From NCBI RefSeq assembly GCF_964213995.1, contig NC_135808.1, positions 50,654,001 through 50,718,000 on the forward strand: DNA of 64,000 nt. Direction: 5' to 3'. The notes below the pieces were generated by a model, which searched no databases, was not told the origin of the DNA, and saw only the letters and a program-made list of their open reading frames with translations. The position numbers and the translations under genes were made by a program. This DNA comes from Mustelus asterias. Taxonomy: Eukaryota. Below, piece after piece: positions 61,741 to 64,000 of this stretch (positions are counted from its first letter, which is position 1; each line of letters begins with the position of its first letter).

Positions 61741-64000
61741 CTATATGGAGTTGGAGCAGTTCTATCCCATAGACTGGCAGATGGGACGGAGAGGCTAAAT
61801 TCATTTGCTTTGAGGACTTTGTCAGACGTTGAGAAAATGTACTCACAAATCGACAAAGAAAGCCGAGCAGTTATCTACACAGTGAGGAATTTCACCAATA
61901 CGTCTATGGGCGGCATTTCACCATCGTGTCAGACCGTAAGCCATTGTTGGGGCTATTCCGGGAGGATAAGCCAGTGCCACCTATTGTCTCTGCCAGGGGG
62001 CAGAGATGGGCATTGCTGCTGGCACTAAACATCTAAACCTTCCAGCTTAGGCCAGGAACACAGCTCTCAAATGCAGATGCATTGAGCCGCCTGCCACTAC
62101 CCCAGACCATACCGTCACCGCCTGTTCCACAGGAGATAGTATTGGCTCTGCATTATTTGGACACCCTGCCTGTCTCAGCAGCCCACACTCAGACGTGGAC
62201 AGATAGGGAGCCGGTGTTAGCAAAGGGCAAGAAAATGGTACTGACCGGGTGGCACTTGGACAAGGCAGAGCAAATGAAGCTGTATTTACATTGCAGGGAC
62301 CAGATACCCTGCGAAGATGGGGTGCTATTGTCGGGGGGTCTGTGTCAGCGTACCACCCCCTTGTGCAATGGCCACTGCTCCAAGAGTTACATGATACCCA
62401 AACTGGCCAGAGCAGAATGAAAGTGTTGGCCAGAAGTTATGTCTGGTGGCCTGGCATTGACAGAGACATTGAACAAACGGTTGGGCAGTGTGAGAGTTGT
62501 CTGACTCAGCAAGCGTTACCTCCACCAGCGAACATGCTCCCTTGGGATGTCCGGCCCGTCTGTGGAAAAGGTTTCATGTAGATTTGGCTGGACATTTTTG
62601 GGGGCAGATGTTCCTGATGTCAGTCGATGCCCATTCCAAGTGGCTGGACGATCAGCTCATGAGACCCATCACAGCTCCATTTACCATCGATAAACTGAGG
62701 CAGATCTTTGTGATCCATGGTGAAGACGGGAATGGGTTCATGAACTTTGTAACACTTAAGCATTGAGACCCGAACTCTGTAATACTTAGAGATTTGTGAG
62801 ACTCACTGTGGAGCTCATTGTTTTTGTGTCTGTAGAACTTGTTTTCGTCACCCAGATAAGGGAAGCAGCTGCTGTGTACAAGTTCATGATTTTTCCCAGC
62901 TAATTGTATGTCAGGAATGTGGCTAACCCAGCTGGTATAAGCTAAGCTAGACTCCATTTTATGTTCAGTTATATTATGTATCTTTGTTTTACACGGTGGA
63001 GCTGACATGTATGCCTTCTGTGACCGTATAATCATAGATTCATATATATTCATTATATACTATTCATCCTCACCGATATAAAGTGTTATATAGGCCCCTG
63101 TACATCAGTTAACTTGTTTGTGCAAACTTATAATCTAAACAACCCACAGGAGTCAAAGAACAAAGAACAAAGAACAATACAGCACAGGAAACAGGCCCTT
63201 CGGCCCTCCAAGCCTGTGCCGCTCCTTGGTCCAACTAGACCAATCGTTTGTATCCCTCCATTCCCAGGCTGCTCATGTGACTATCCAGGTAAGTCTTAAA
63301 CGATGTCAGCGTGCCTGCCTCCACCACCCTACTTGGCAGCGCATTCCAGGCCCCCACCACCCTCTGTGTAAAAATAACTGTGTAATATAACTGAACATAA
63401 AATGTCCACATAGAGACGACAAAACAGACAGCCTTGAGATGGCCATGATTACGCGGACTATGTGAAGGATGGAATCGCTGAGGCAGCAATAATCATGGGA
63501 AGATGCGGACGTGACCAGGGACGAAAATATATGTATAAATATTTGATCTTAACTCATATTCGGTGTGAAGTCTGGAGACCGCGTTAGGGATCGGACTTCT
63601 CCCACAATTGTGAAAATAAACCACTGCACTTTGACTCACGACTAGTCTCAAAGGTATTATTTACCTCCAACAATGGTCTTCCTGAAGTGTTGCTATCAGA
63701 CAGCGGAGCAGCATTCACGCTGATGAATTTCAGACTTTGGTCAAGTTTAATGACATTTGTCCTGTCAGGTCAGCCCCCGACCATCCTGCCTCGAATGGGT
63801 TGGCGGAGCGAGCCATGCTGACGTTCAAGGCTTCATGTGAAGCAGGTTCAAATGGCCGTTCCATTGTGATTGGGCAGTTATTTGCTGTCATACAACACTA
63901 CACCTCACGCCATCACTGGGGTCATGCCGAGGTCACACCTGCAGAGTTGTTAATGGGTCGGTGCCTGTGTACCTGTTTAGATTTAGTGTCTCCAAATTTG
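61741..64000 (+). mobile_element. Degenerate Ty3/Gypsy pol (RNase H and integrase); its 5' part lies at ~58960-59110
   Basis: LLVHFDPSKP..TCDASPY (59050-59107) continues as YGVGAVLSH, YSQIDKE, NADALSRLP, LARSYVWWPGID, HVDLAG, VDAHSKW, IHG|LPEVLLSD, HPASNGLAER. Confidence 0.9.
62721..63672 (+). mobile_element. Solo ERV LTR inside the Gypsy integrase, itself holding a CR1 tail (63154-63374, minus)
   Basis: TG...CA ends, 4-bp TSD ATGG (62717-62720, 63673-63676); removing it restores IHGLPEV. Confidence 0.88.

Noticed and set aside
63673-63690. TGG after the second LTR as a primer-binding site
   Set aside because: It is the ATGG target-site duplication followed by resumed Gypsy integrase sequence

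Overview
Vertebrate genomic DNA, very likely from a shark or other cartilaginous fish (inferred from the cluster-type Ig locus and the CR1, V-SINE and DeuSINE repeats). There are no prokaryotic features. The window holds two complete, unrearranged, apparently functional kappa-type (type III, nurse-shark NS4-like) Ig light-chain clusters, each L-V-[12RSS]...[23RSS]-J-C. Cluster 1 is on + (9489-16397) and cluster 2 is on - (49692-42272). They are the two arms of an inverted, tail-to-tail duplication (~2234-17491 and ~41162-57281) around a ~23.7 kb repeat-rich spacer. The spacer contains a truncated endogenous retrovirus (LTR, tRNA-Phe PBS, gag-pro-pol, env fragment), a degenerate Ty1/copia relic, a non-autonomous PIF/Harbinger-like element, many CR1 LINEs and a compound (GT)n satellite. 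The right end is a Gypsy element interrupted by CR1s and a solo LTR. The most interesting points are: RSS geometry that allows inversional V-J joining between clusters; V differences concentrated in the CDRs and enriched in tandem substitutions; a 61-bp VNTR with a cryptic 23-RSS-like pattern directly behind each V RSS; and repeated Ets-IRF (EICE) motifs plus a kappa-intron-enhancer-like module. All coordinates and counts were read by eye; repeat boundaries are approximate.
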